Source: a virus. Taken from it: a stretch of DNA of 64,000 nucleotides. Both the position numbers and the translations under genes were made by a program. Shown here piece by piece: positions 45,821-55,818 of this stretch. Location: positions 1 to 64,000 of the IMG/VR virus record IMGVR_UViG_3300021185_003351, one strand, 5' to 3'. The notes beneath the pieces are model-generated. The model was not told where the DNA came from. It ran no database searches and saw only the letters and a program-made list of their open reading frames with translations. Positions within the stretch are counted from its first letter, which is position 1, and every line of letters starts with the position of its first letter.

Positions 45821-47650
45821 ATGGCGTCGTTAAGAAAACGTTTACAAAACCTATTTAGTACCAATGTAGTAGTTAGAAAATTTGGAAAAGATAAACTACG
45901 AGTAGTTGATACAAATAGATTACAATCAACTGGTAATTTAGCTGCAACAAAAATTACTGATCGATATTCTAGATTACATGGATCAAATCGACATGGATAT
46001 GGATCATATGGATCTGCATTTGGAGGATATGATTCAAATTATTATTCTCAACAAAATAGAAAACAATTATATACAGATTATGAAATGATGGATAAAGATC
46101 CTATTATTTCTTCTGCATTAGATATATATTCAGATGAGTCTACATTAGAAGATCAGTTTGGAGATATCCTATCTATTAAAACAAATAAGACACATATACA
46201 AAAAATATTATATAATCTATTTTATGATGTTTTAAATATTGAATTTAATATGTGGCCATGGGTTAGGAATATTTGTAAGTATGGAGACTTCTTTTTAAAA
46301 TTAGATATTTCAGATGAATTAGGAATAATTAATGCTAGACCATTATCATCATATGAAATTGAAAGACTTGAAGAATTTGATTCTGAATCTGGAGAATATA
46401 ATATTAAATTCAGACACGACATTAGTGAAAATGTACAATATGATGTATTTGAAATAGCACATTTTAGAATGTTATCAGATTCAAATTTTTTGCCATATGG
46501 TAGATCGATGTTAGAAGGAGCTAGACAAGAATTTCAAAAACTAACAATGTTAGAAGACGCAATGTTAATTCATAGAATTATGAGAGCTCCAGAAAAAAGA
46601 ATCTTTAAAGTTGATATTGGCAATATTCCACCAAATGAAGTTGATACATTTATGGAACAAATTGTTAATAAAATGAAAAAGGTTCCATATGTTGATAAAA
46701 ATACCGGAAATTATAATTTAAAGTTTAATTTAAATAATATGTTAGAAGATTATTATTTACCAGTAAGAGGTGGAAATAGTCAAACACAAATTGATACATT
46801 ACCAGGTATGGAATTTACTGGTATTGATGATATTGAATATGTAAAAAATAAAATGATGGCAGCTTTAAAAATTCCTAAACCATTTTTAGGATATTCTGAA
46901 GGGGTTGAAGGAAAAAGTACATTAGCTTCTATGGATATTAGATTTGCTAGAACAATCGAACGAATTCAAAAAATTATTTGTTCTGAATTATCAAAAATTG
47001 CAATAGTTCATTTGTATGCACAGGGGTTTGAAGGAGAAGATTTAATTGGTTTTGAATTATCATTAACTCCACCTTCAATTATATATGATCAACAAAAAGT
47101 TGCACTAATGAATGAAAAAATTACTTTAGCAGTTGCAATGAAAGATTCAAAACTAGTATCAGACAAATACATTTATGAATACATATTTAATATGTCTGAA
47201 GACGAATGGTTAGAAGAAAGAAATAATGTTGTAGAAGATCTTAAACTAAGATTTAGACAAAATCAAGTAGAGCAAGAAGGAAATGATCCAACATTAACTG
47301 GAGTTTCATATGGTACTCCACACGATTTAGCCTCCATGCATATGAGCACCGATGATGTTGAAGATAAAGATCAAGGCGGCCGTCCACCTGAAGGAATAAA
47401 ATACGGACAGCATAAAAATCATATGGGTTGGGATCCTACCGGAGGAAAAACAGTTAAACAGGCAATGAATACAACATTCCAACCAGATCCTAGATTTAAA
47501 ACAACTACTAAAACTGGCATGAAACCTGTAGCTACAGAAAATGCTGATATTTTAAAAAAAATTAATAAAAGTAGATCTAAAATACTATTTGAAAAAAATA
47601 AAAAAAATAAAGATTCTGGATCAATTTTAGATGAAAATAATATTTTATAA
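45821..47650 (+). CDS. gp20: Portal protein
   Basis: LEDAMLIHRIMRAPEKRIFKVDIGN; MLEDYYLPVRG; IDTLPG. Confidence 0.95.
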   Translation: MASLRKRLQNLFSTNVVVRKFGKDKLRVVDTNRLQSTGNLAATKITDRYSRLHGSNRHGYGSYGSAFGGYDSNYYSQQNRKQLYTDYEMMDKDPIISSALDIYSDESTLEDQFGDILSIKTNKTHIQKILYNLFYDVLNIEFNMWPWVRNICKYGDFFLKLDISDELGIINARPLSSYEIERLEEFDSESGEYNIKFRHDISENVQYDVFEIAHFRMLSDSNFLPYGRSMLEGARQEFQKLTMLEDAMLIHRIMRAPEKRIFKVDIGNIPPNEVDTFMEQIVNKMKKVPYVDKNTGNYNLKFNLNNMLEDYYLPVRGGNSQTQIDTLPGMEFTGIDDIEYVKNKMMAALKIPKPFLGYSEGVEGKSTLASMDIRFARTIERIQKIICSELSKIAIVHLYAQGFEGEDLIGFELSLTPPSIIYDQQKVALMNEKITLAVAMKDSKLVSDKYIYEYIFNMSEDEWLEERNNVVEDLKLRFRQNQVEQEGNDPTLTGVSYGTPHDLASMHMSTDDVEDKDQGGRPPEGIKYGQHKNHMGWDPTGGKTVKQAMNTTFQPDPRFKTTTKTGMKPVATENADILKKINKSRSKILFEKNKKNKDSGSILDENNIL

Positions 47651-47687
47651 TTAACATCATATTTATATGAAAGAACCATGAACTAAC

Positions 47688-48539
47688 ATGAAAACTCTTA
47701 AACATTCAAAATATAAAAATACTGCTATTCTTTTTGAGATGTTAGTAAGGAAACTTACATCGGAAACATTGACGTCAGATAAAACAATTACAGTTGAAAT
47801 TATTAAAAAGTATTTTGGTAAAAATACAGTATTATCAAAAGAGCTACAATTATATAATTCTTTAATAAAAGAATCATTTAAAACTGAAGCTCAATCATTA
47901 GAATTTATTAGAAGTTGTAAAGAAGCTCATACTAAATTAAATAAAAGTTCATTACGTAGACAACGTTATAATTTAGTGAAAGAAATATCAGAAAATTTTG
48001 ATTTTCAAAAAGTTTCTAAAATACGTATAAATAATTATAAAGAATTAGCATCTATATATAAAATATTTGAATATTCTAATTCTGATAATCCTAAGGATTT
48101 ATTGGAATGTAAAACTGTTATCGTTGAACATATATTAAATGATAGTAATACGTCAACTAAAAAAGATGTTGTATTAGAAACATATAAAAAACACGATAAA
48201 GAAGTTAGAATGTTAGCATATAAATTATTAGTTGATAAATTTAATTCAAAATATTCATCTTTAAACGAAAATCAGAAACAAGTTTTAAATCAATATATAA
48301 CTCACGTTAATGACACTGAATCTTTAAAATTATATTTAGAAGGTATATTACCAAATATTAAATTACAACTAAAAGAACAAGTATTAAAAATTCAAGACCC
48401 AGTTACAAAAATAAAAGTTGATAAACTTTCTGATATGTTATGTAATGTTAAAACAATAAAAGTAGTTAAAGAGTCTCATATTTTGTCAATATTAAGATAT
48501 TTTGATTTAATTAAAGAACTAAAACAGGTAAACAAATGA
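47688..48539 (+). CDS. Conserved head-module hypothetical protein
   Basis: KHSKYKNTAILFE start; lies between portal and protease; late motif at 47659-47666. Confidence 0.65.
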   Translation: MKTLKHSKYKNTAILFEMLVRKLTSETLTSDKTITVEIIKKYFGKNTVLSKELQLYNSLIKESFKTEAQSLEFIRSCKEAHTKLNKSSLRRQRYNLVKEISENFDFQKVSKIRINNYKELASIYKIFEYSNSDNPKDLLECKTVIVEHILNDSNTSTKKDVVLETYKKHDKEVRMLAYKLLVDKFNSKYSSLNENQKQVLNQYITHVNDTESLKLYLEGILPNIKLQLKEQVLKIQDPVTKIKVDKLSDMLCNVKTIKVVKESHILSILRYFDLIKELKQVNK

Positions 48540-49237
48540 AGTCATTTTTACACGAAATAGAATCTAAATTTACACGTCTTCAAGAAAAAGATTGGGACGG
48601 TGATGGAAAAGAAGAATCTCCAAATGATGAATATATGGGAGTTAAAGACAAAGCTATTAAAAAAGCAATGAAGAAAGAAAACTCTAAGCCAGATTTTTTA
48701 GATTTAGATAATGACAATGATACTGAAGAGTCTATGAAGCAAGCAGCCAAACAAGCAAATGAAGTCATAAAAACAAATGATCCAGATGCTGCAGCAGACA
48801 TGCAAAAAAAGAATCCTAATGTAGATATTGAATTAACAGAAGATGAACTTGGCGAACAAAATGTAACTGGTGCAATTGCTGGATATCAAACCCCAAATGC
48901 ATTTTCAACAAAAGCTCAAGCAAAAAAGAAAAAGAATATGAAATATGAATCTGTACAAAAAGCTATGGATACAAAATATGAAGCTATGATTGAATCATAT
49001 TCTAAATTTGCAACTGGTAATCCAAAGTCTACACCATCACAAACAGTAAATGGTACCATTAAAGAAGTTGCAAAAAAATTACAAGAGATAGAACAAATAG
49101 TTAAATATACATCTAAATTAAAGACCGAATCTGGTATAGCTGGATCGTCATATGGAAAATCTACTCATACAGCATTAAATAAAATTTCAGAAAGATTATT
49201 AAAAATATCTGAACGTGTAAGAAGCTTAGGAGAATAA
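48536..49237 (+). CDS. Putative prohead core/internal protein with DxDxDG-like motifs
   Basis: DWDGDGKEE, DLDNDNDTEE; AGYQTPNAF. Confidence 0.55.
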   Translation: MKSFLHEIESKFTRLQEKDWDGDGKEESPNDEYMGVKDKAIKKAMKKENSKPDFLDLDNDNDTEESMKQAAKQANEVIKTNDPDAAADMQKKNPNVDIELTEDELGEQNVTGAIAGYQTPNAFSTKAQAKKKKNMKYESVQKAMDTKYEAMIESYSKFATGNPKSTPSQTVNGTIKEVAKKLQEIEQIVKYTSKLKTESGIAGSSYGKSTHTALNKISERLLKISERVRSLGE

Positions 49238-49238
49238 T

Positions 49239-49865
49239 ATGAATAAAAATTTATTAGTAGAATATATTCCATTTAAACCAATAGGGCCAATTAATGAACA
49301 AATGGCTAATAAATTTGGAGTTCCAGGTGGGTTAGTAGTACAAGGCGTTTTACAAAGAGCTGGAGCTAAAAATCAAAATGGACGTGTTTATCCTAAAAAT
49401 ATATTAGATAGAGAAGCTAAAAAATATCAACAAGAATATATTAGTCAAAACAGAGCGTTAGGCGAATTAGATCATCCAGAATCATCAGTTGTTAATTTAA
49501 ACAATGTATCTCACAATGTTTTAAAAATGTGGTGGCAGAATAACGATTTAATGGGAGCTGTACAAATATTAGAAACCCCAGCTGGTAAAATATTAAAGTC
49601 GCTATTTGATGCTGGTATTACATTAGGAATATCTAGTAGAGGATTAGGATCAGTAAAAGAATTATATAAAGAGTCTGCAGTTGAAGTTCAAGAAGATTTT
49701 GAATTAATTTGTTTTGACTTTGTTTCAAATCCGTCTACCCATGGCGCATTTTTAAAACCAATGAATGAATCAATTAATAAAAATACAAAACAAAATTATA
49801 AAAAAGTAAATGATATTATTACATCAATTTTATGTGATAGTGGAAAATGTAGGATTTTACCATGA
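49239..49865 (+). CDS. gp21: Prohead core protease
   Basis: NQNGRVYP, ALGELDHP, VSH, GISSRGLGS, DFVSNPS. Confidence 0.95.
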   Translation: MNKNLLVEYIPFKPIGPINEQMANKFGVPGGLVVQGVLQRAGAKNQNGRVYPKNILDREAKKYQQEYISQNRALGELDHPESSVVNLNNVSHNVLKMWWQNNDLMGAVQILETPAGKILKSLFDAGITLGISSRGLGSVKELYKESAVEVQEDFELICFDFVSNPSTHGAFLKPMNESINKNTKQNYKKVNDIITSILCDSGKCRILP

Positions 49866-50227
49866 GAATAAAAGATTTATTAGAAGCATTAGATAGAGAG
49901 CAAGTTGAAATACCAAAAGAGAAAAAACGTGAATTTGTAGAAGCAGTAAGAAATTACTCTCAATTAGGCGAATCAGTATATGGTAAAGGTGATCTTAAAG
50001 AATTATGTCAAAAGATACACTATATGGTAGAAATGGCTCAACAAGTAACATTGTCTGAAGGCGATTGGTTTGATGGTATTACTGTTAATAGACACATGAA
50101 AGGACTTAACGAATCATATAAAGTATTTGAAAAGACTGCTCAAGAAATATCTAGACTACAAGAAAGACTATCTGCATCATATGAAGATATTGGTCAAGGA
50201 TTAAGTAAATATTTTGATATAAAATAA
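49862..50227 (+). CDS. Hypothetical protein with MRIKDLLE leader-like start
   Basis: 121 aa in the head module. Confidence 0.65.
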   Translation: MRIKDLLEALDREQVEIPKEKKREFVEAVRNYSQLGESVYGKGDLKELCQKIHYMVEMAQQVTLSEGDWFDGITVNRHMKGLNESYKVFEKTAQEISRLQERLSASYEDIGQGLSKYFDIK

Positions 50228-50228
50228 T

Positions 50229-50257
50229 TTTGAATTTATAAAAAAAATTATTATAAT
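50229..50257 (+). promoter_or_regulatory. Sigma70-like promoter TTTGAA-N17-TATAAT
   Basis: Exact spacing; upstream of 50271 and bS21. Confidence 0.65.
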
Positions 50258-50270
50258 ATAAAGGAAGTAA

Positions 50271-50654
50271 ATGTCAAACATTGATAATACATATCGTCAA
50301 TATTTTGGAATGAAATCACAAACTAATGAAGCTGATTTAATAAATAAAATATCAGATTACAAGGGTGGATTTCTTTATAAACTAATTGATCCAGCTACAG
50401 CAGGTAATGTGAAAGCCGATATTCAAGCATTTTTAAATAAAAAAGGAATGCATGTTATAAAAACAAAATTTGACGATGCAGCTGGTAAAGGATTCTTTTA
50501 TGTTAGATTAGGAGAAGATCCTGCAAAAGAATCTCAGAGAATACAAGGATTTGTAAGTCAACTACCAGAAGTAGAAAAATTTAAATTTACATTAAAACCA
50601 ATACAAAAAGTTACAAACAATCCATCAGATGAACAAACAACACAAATACCATAA
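50271..50654 (+). CDS. Hypothetical protein
   Basis: 127 aa ORF. Confidence 0.65.
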   Translation: MSNIDNTYRQYFGMKSQTNEADLINKISDYKGGFLYKLIDPATAGNVKADIQAFLNKKGMHVIKTKFDDAAGKGFFYVRLGEDPAKESQRIQGFVSQLPEVEKFKFTLKPIQKVTNNPSDEQTTQIP

Positions 50655-50865
50655 ATCAATAGTACCAGGAAATTCTTTTTCAACGAAAGTAATTAATAAA
50701 GATATAAACTTTGCTTTACGATCTTGGAAAAAACAACTTAAAATATCTAATACATTAGATACATTAAAAGAAAAACGAGAATTTGAAAAGCCTAGTGTTA
50801 CCAAAAGAAAAATTAAAAATTCTGCAATTTTTAATCAATATATACAAGATTTAAAATCTTTATAA
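50629..50865 (+). CDS. rpsU: Phage-encoded ribosomal protein bS21
   Basis: DINFALRSWKKQ...TLKEKREFEKPSVTKR bS21 signature. Confidence 0.85.
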   Translation: MNKQHKYHKSIVPGNSFSTKVINKDINFALRSWKKQLKISNTLDTLKEKREFEKPSVTKRKIKNSAIFNQYIQDLKSL

Positions 50866-51002
50866 TATATTTTCATTTTTTTTATTTCGTCTATATTTAT
50901 AGTAAATACACTATCTCTATATAGTGTCAATTATTATTAATTTATTCTATTAAGATTTACAAATAATCTTATTTCCAAAAACAAAATTTAAGGAGACAAG
51001 TA

Positions 51003-52022
51003 ATGGACGGAAAATCGGACTTACTAAAAGAAGCGATCGCTGACGCAAAAGCCGTAAAGGAAACTGCATTAGCAAACGCTAAAATAGCTCTTGAAGAGGC
51101 TTTTGCCCCTAGAATTGAAGCAATGCTATCAACAAAACTTTCTGAAGATTTATATGAAGACGAAATGGAAGACGAAGTACCAGCGCCAGTAGCCGATACA
51201 CCAGTTGAAGAACATGACGTTATGTATGAGCCTGAAGTAGAAGGTGGAGAGATGGATGCTGCCCCTGCACCAGAAATGGATGCCGAAATTGATATGGATA
51301 TGCCTGCTGAAGAACCAGTAGTTGCAGATGACATGGAAATGGAAGGTATGATGGATGATGCACCAGTAGACACAGACAGCGTTGAAGAAGATCTAGAACT
51401 AGAAGCAATCATAAGAGAGTTAGAAGAAGATTTAAATGAAGAAGAACTAACTGAAGAAGATATCTTTGAATCAAATGATTCTACAGATTTAACTGAAGAG
51501 GATAAAATGGTCGACGACAAAAAAGAAACCAATGAAGAATTCAATATTGATGAAATCATTGAAGGTATTTTGTCTGAAGACGAAGAAGAAAAAGACTCTA
51601 AAGAAAAAGTAGAAGAAGAAAAAGAAGAAGATGAATCTAAAGAAAAAGTAGAAGAAATGACTGAAGAATTAACTGAAGCATATGATACTATTGAATCTTT
51701 AAGAGGCACAATCAACGAAGTTAATCTTTTAAATGCAAAACTTTTATATACTAACAAATTATTTAGGAATTTTGAATTATCAGAAAGTCAAAAAATGACT
51801 GTTATCGAAAATTTCGATAGAGCTGGTAATACAAGAGAAGTTAAACTCGTATTTAGTACATTAGCAGAAAATTTTACAGTTCCTGTAAAAAAGAGAAAAG
51901 TAGTTAAAGAAGGCACTGCCTCTAAAGCAATTAACTCTACTGCTCCTGCAACTAAAACAATAATCAACGAAGGTAATGAATTAGCTAACAGATGGAAGAA
52001 GTTAGCAGGATTACTAAGTTAA
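51003..52022 (+). CDS. gp22: Prohead scaffolding/core protein
   Basis: Very acidic, many L-x-E sites, directly upstream of MCP; SD AAGGAG. Confidence 0.8.
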   Translation: MDGKSDLLKEAIADAKAVKETALANAKIALEEAFAPRIEAMLSTKLSEDLYEDEMEDEVPAPVADTPVEEHDVMYEPEVEGGEMDAAPAPEMDAEIDMDMPAEEPVVADDMEMEGMMDDAPVDTDSVEEDLELEAIIRELEEDLNEEELTEEDIFESNDSTDLTEEDKMVDDKKETNEEFNIDEIIEGILSEDEEEKDSKEKVEEEKEEDESKEKVEEMTEELTEAYDTIESLRGTINEVNLLNAKLLYTNKLFRNFELSESQKMTVIENFDRAGNTREVKLVFSTLAENFTVPVKKRKVVKEGTASKAINSTAPATKTIINEGNELANRWKKLAGLLS

Positions 52023-52047
52023 TTAAAAAAAAATAAGAAAGAAAAAA

Positions 52048-53691
52048 ATGAAAATTTCATCTTTACTAGAAGACAATAATCCTTCCCAAAGAAATGCAGC
52101 GTTAAAAACTGTAACAAAATGGGAAAAGACAGGTCTTCTAGAAGGTTTAAAAACCGAAACAGAAAAAGCAGGTATGGCTCAGCTTCTTGAAAATCAAGCT
52201 AGACAACTTGTAAAAGAAGCATCATCAACTGGTACTACTGAAGGATCAGAAGAATGGGCTGGTGTAGCTTTACCATTGGTAAGAAGAATCTTTGCTGAAT
52301 TTGCAGCAAAAGAATTTGTTTCTGTACAACCAATGAATTTACCATCTGGACTAGTATTTTATTTAGATTTCAAATATGGAACTGAAAAAGCTGGATTTGA
52401 TGGTGATAATTTAAATGTAGCTGGCGATCCTTTTGGATCACCAAATGCTGACGATTCCATGTTTGGTGTAACAACTACTGCAGGAGATCCAACTGGTGGT
52501 CTTTATGGTGCTGGTAGATTTGGTTACTCACTCAATGATGTAGCAGTTACTGCTTCAGCTGTTGTTTCAGCAGCATCATCTGCATCTGTAAATTACGATT
52601 CATCATTTACTGGCAATAAATTATCTGAATATAACGTAGTAACTGTACCGTTAACATCGTTATCAGGTTCAGATTCAACTGCAGTTAGATCATTTATTAT
52701 CGAAACTGGATCTGGTACAATTGTGCAACATTCTGCATTTACAAAATTAAATGCTGCAAAAACTCATGTTGAGTTTTTAGTATCTGGATCAGCTGCATCA
52801 ATGACTGGTGTTGAATACATTGTTAAATTTAGTGAGCAACCAACTGACATCTCTAGAGGCGACTTTGAAGATTCAAATCCTTTTAAAGGTTCTGGTGCTG
52901 GTACTGGTATCAATAATGGTACTGATATTGACATTCCTGAAGTTAACTTAGAAATGCAATCAGATCCAATCGTAGCTAAGACTAGAAAGTTAAAAGCTGT
53001 TTGGACTCCTGAATTTGCACAAGATTTAAATGCATATCATTCAATTGACGCTGAAGCTGAATTAACTTCAATGTTAAGTGAATATGTATCAATGGAAATT
53101 GATCTTGAAATTCTAGATATGTTAATCAATGGTGCATTAACAACTGAATATTGGTCAGCTCAATCTAATCAATTCTTGAACGCAGCTGGTACAGCTTTTG
53201 AAGGAAGAGATGTTTCTGCAGGCGGATATTATAATACACAAGGAGAGTGGTTCCAAACTTTAGGAACTAAACTTCAAAAAGTATCTAACAAAATTCATCA
53301 AAAAACACTTAGAGGTGGTGCTAATTTCTTAGTTACTTCACCTGCTGTTGCAACTATCCTAGAATCTATTCCTGGATTTGCTGCTGACACAGATGGTAAC
53401 AAAATGGAATTTGCTGCTGGTGTTCAAAAAATTGGTGCAATCAATAATAGATACACAGTATATAAGAATCCATATATGAAAGAGAACGTAATCCTTATGG
53501 GTTATAGAGGAGCACAATTCCTTGAAACTGGTGCAGTATATGCTCCATACGTACCTTTAATTATGACTCCACTAGTATACGATCCTGTTAATTTCACCCC
53601 AAGAAAAGGTGTAATGACAAGATATGCTAAGAAAATGGTAAGACCAGAATTCTACGGTAAAGTATATGTTGCTGGATTAGACACTATTTAA
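52048..53691 (+). CDS. gp23: Major capsid protein (T4 gp23-like)
   Basis: VQPMNLPSGLVFYL, AKTRKLKAVWTPEFAQDL, YAPYVPL, PRKGVMTRY. Confidence 0.97.
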   Translation: MKISSLLEDNNPSQRNAALKTVTKWEKTGLLEGLKTETEKAGMAQLLENQARQLVKEASSTGTTEGSEEWAGVALPLVRRIFAEFAAKEFVSVQPMNLPSGLVFYLDFKYGTEKAGFDGDNLNVAGDPFGSPNADDSMFGVTTTAGDPTGGLYGAGRFGYSLNDVAVTASAVVSAASSASVNYDSSFTGNKLSEYNVVTVPLTSLSGSDSTAVRSFIIETGSGTIVQHSAFTKLNAAKTHVEFLVSGSAASMTGVEYIVKFSEQPTDISRGDFEDSNPFKGSGAGTGINNGTDIDIPEVNLEMQSDPIVAKTRKLKAVWTPEFAQDLNAYHSIDAEAELTSMLSEYVSMEIDLEILDMLINGALTTEYWSAQSNQFLNAAGTAFEGRDVSAGGYYNTQGEWFQTLGTKLQKVSNKIHQKTLRGGANFLVTSPAVATILESIPGFAADTDGNKMEFAAGVQKIGAINNRYTVYKNPYMKENVILMGYRGAQFLETGAVYAPYVPLIMTPLVYDPVNFTPRKGVMTRYAKKMVRPEFYGKVYVAGLDTI

Positions 53692-53723
53692 TATTTAATT
53701 AATTATTAAATAATCTAAAAATT

Positions 53724-53753
53724 GAGAGGGGTGATTCGTCACCCCTTTCTTAC
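53724..53753 (+). terminator. Intrinsic terminator after MCP
   Basis: GAGAGGGGTGA-TTCG-TCACCCCTTTC stem with UUCG loop and a T-rich tail. Confidence 0.8.
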
Positions 53754-53784
53754 TGTTTTGATATTTATTATAAAAAGAAGTACA

Positions 53785-54060
53785 ATGGCAGCTCCAAGGG
53801 TAAAATATTCAATACAAGCTAGAATACGTTATAAAGGTAATTTAGTCGACACATTAGACAGAATACGAGCTATTAGATTAGTTCTAATGGTTCATATAGA
53901 ACAAGACTTGGGTAAAGGATCAGAACTTATTACAATGAAGGTAATGTCCCCATATCCACCAACAAAAACATTTGAAGCAATTAGAAGATTATCAGTTGGT
54001 AAAATTGAATCATTAGAGCAAATGCAACTACTGCCAACTACTTTATTAAAATTAGAATAA
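53785..54060 (+). CDS. Small hypothetical protein (start ATG 53785)
   Basis: MAAPRVKY...; late motif at 53761-53768. Confidence 0.65.
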   Translation: MAAPRVKYSIQARIRYKGNLVDTLDRIRAIRLVLMVHIEQDLGKGSELITMKVMSPYPPTKTFEAIRRLSVGKIESLEQMQLLPTTLLKLE

Positions 54061-54068
54061 GGATATAA

Positions 54069-55295
54069 ATGGCAGATTACAGTGAAAATAAACCAATATG
54101 GCCTGGCTCATCATCATTTGTTGCAGGAGATACCCCATTTGGATTTTTTGATAATGATACATTATTTCAACAACAAGCTGATAGCTTTGCTAAACATGCA
54201 GCTCAAAATGTTGGATATCCAATTATGGATGTAGAATTATTAGATATAAATTTTTATAATGCATTTGAATCAGCTGTTATTGAATATTCAAATCAAGTTA
54301 ATCAGGTTAATATTACAAACAACTTATTAAGTACCTTAGGAATACAAACCGGATCTGATTTTTTATCTGCAGATGGATTTTCTGATACGTTGGTTGGAGG
54401 ATCATTATCATATGTAACAAAACTATCAAAAACATATGGCACTGAAGCAGATTCAGGAGGTAATTTAAAATGGTTTTCTGCATCAATTGATGTACAACCT
54501 GGTCAACAAACATATAGTATAAAAAAAGCTGTAGAAGAAACATTAGGAATAACTTTAACAAATACAAGTTCAATTGAAGTAAAAAAAGTATTACATAATG
54601 TTCCACCAGCAATTATAAGATACTTTGACCCATTTGTAGGAACAGGATTAGGATCTCAAAATTTAATGGATGCGTTTGATTTTGGAGGATTTTCTCCTTC
54701 TGTTAATTTTATGTTGATGCCTTTACATCAAGACTTACTTAGAATACAAACAATTGAATTTAATGATAGAATACGAAAATCACATTTTTCATTTGATATA
54801 CATGGAGATGATATAAGATTATATCCAGTGCCTGGAACAACAGGAACAGCTGCAAATCCATTTTATAAAAACGTTTGGTTTGAATTTATATTTGAAGATA
54901 AAAAAGCTGACGAAGCAATATTATTTGGTAATACTGCAGCAACAAATGGAGTTGTAAGTGATGCATCTAATATACCATATACATATCAAAAATATTCACA
55001 AATTAATGATATGGGAAGAGCATGGATTTTCAGATATGGATCTGCGTTAGTTAAAGAAATGTTGGGATATGTTAGAGGAAAATATTCATCAGTACCAATA
55101 CCAAACTCAGAAGTAACATTAAATGGATCTGATTTAGTGACACAAGGACAATCAGAAAAAGAATCATTAATTACGCAACTAAGAGAATTTTTAGATAAAT
55201 TAACAAAAGAGAGTATGATGACAAGACAACAAGCAGAAAATGATGCAATGAATGAAGTACTGTCAAAAATACCAACTAAAATTTACGTAGGATAA
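54069..55295 (+). CDS. gp13: Neck/head-completion protein, gp13-like
   Basis: GYPIMDVEL; ALVKEMLGYVRGKYSSVPIP..EVTLNG. Confidence 0.8.
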   Translation: MADYSENKPIWPGSSSFVAGDTPFGFFDNDTLFQQQADSFAKHAAQNVGYPIMDVELLDINFYNAFESAVIEYSNQVNQVNITNNLLSTLGIQTGSDFLSADGFSDTLVGGSLSYVTKLSKTYGTEADSGGNLKWFSASIDVQPGQQTYSIKKAVEETLGITLTNTSSIEVKKVLHNVPPAIIRYFDPFVGTGLGSQNLMDAFDFGGFSPSVNFMLMPLHQDLLRIQTIEFNDRIRKSHFSFDIHGDDIRLYPVPGTTGTAANPFYKNVWFEFIFEDKKADEAILFGNTAATNGVVSDASNIPYTYQKYSQINDMGRAWIFRYGSALVKEMLGYVRGKYSSVPIPNSEVTLNGSDLVTQGQSEKESLITQLREFLDKLTKESMMTRQQAENDAMNEVLSKIPTKIYVG

Positions 55296-55296
55296 A

Positions 55297-55818
55297 ATGG
55301 CGTTATTTGGAACAAAACGAGATGCTAGATTTCTAGCCGCAATTAACTCAGAATTATTAAATTCAATAATTGATACAGAAATTGAGTTTTTTAAGCTAGT
55401 TATAGAACAATCTAATTCAAATATATATGGCGAGTCTACATCAAAAACATATTTTAATTCTATATTAATTCCTGCATTGATTACAAAAGAAAACAAAACA
55501 TCAAATATGGATGATTATGGTCATACATATACACGAACAGCTCAATTTGGAATATCAAGAGATATTTTAGAGAAAGCATCATTTTATCCAGAAGTTGGAG
55601 ATATTATTAAATGGGATAATGAATTTTATGAATTGGATAACGTAGATGCAAATCAATATTTTTCTGGAAAAAATCCAGACACTTGGCCTAATGGTAATAA
55701 TTTTGGTTATAGTGTATCTGTTTTATGTGATAGTCATGTAACAAGACAAGCTCCATTAAATATTAGAAAAATGAGAATAGGTACAACAGATGATAATCAA
55801 TCGTATAAAGGATTTTAA
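55297..55818 (+). CDS. gp14: Neck/head-closure protein, gp14-like
   Basis: NIYGE; YPEVGDII.W; follows gp13. Confidence 0.65.
   Translation: MALFGTKRDARFLAAINSELLNSIIDTEIEFFKLVIEQSNSNIYGESTSKTYFNSILIPALITKENKTSNMDDYGHTYTRTAQFGISRDILEKASFYPEVGDIIKWDNEFYELDNVDANQYFSGKNPDTWPNGNNFGYSVSVLCDSHVTRQAPLNIRKMRIGTTDDNQSYKGF

Noticed and set aside
53722-53784. N-terminal extension of the ORF called at 53722
   Set aside because: It overlaps the MCP terminator and the late motif; the true start is likely ATG 53785
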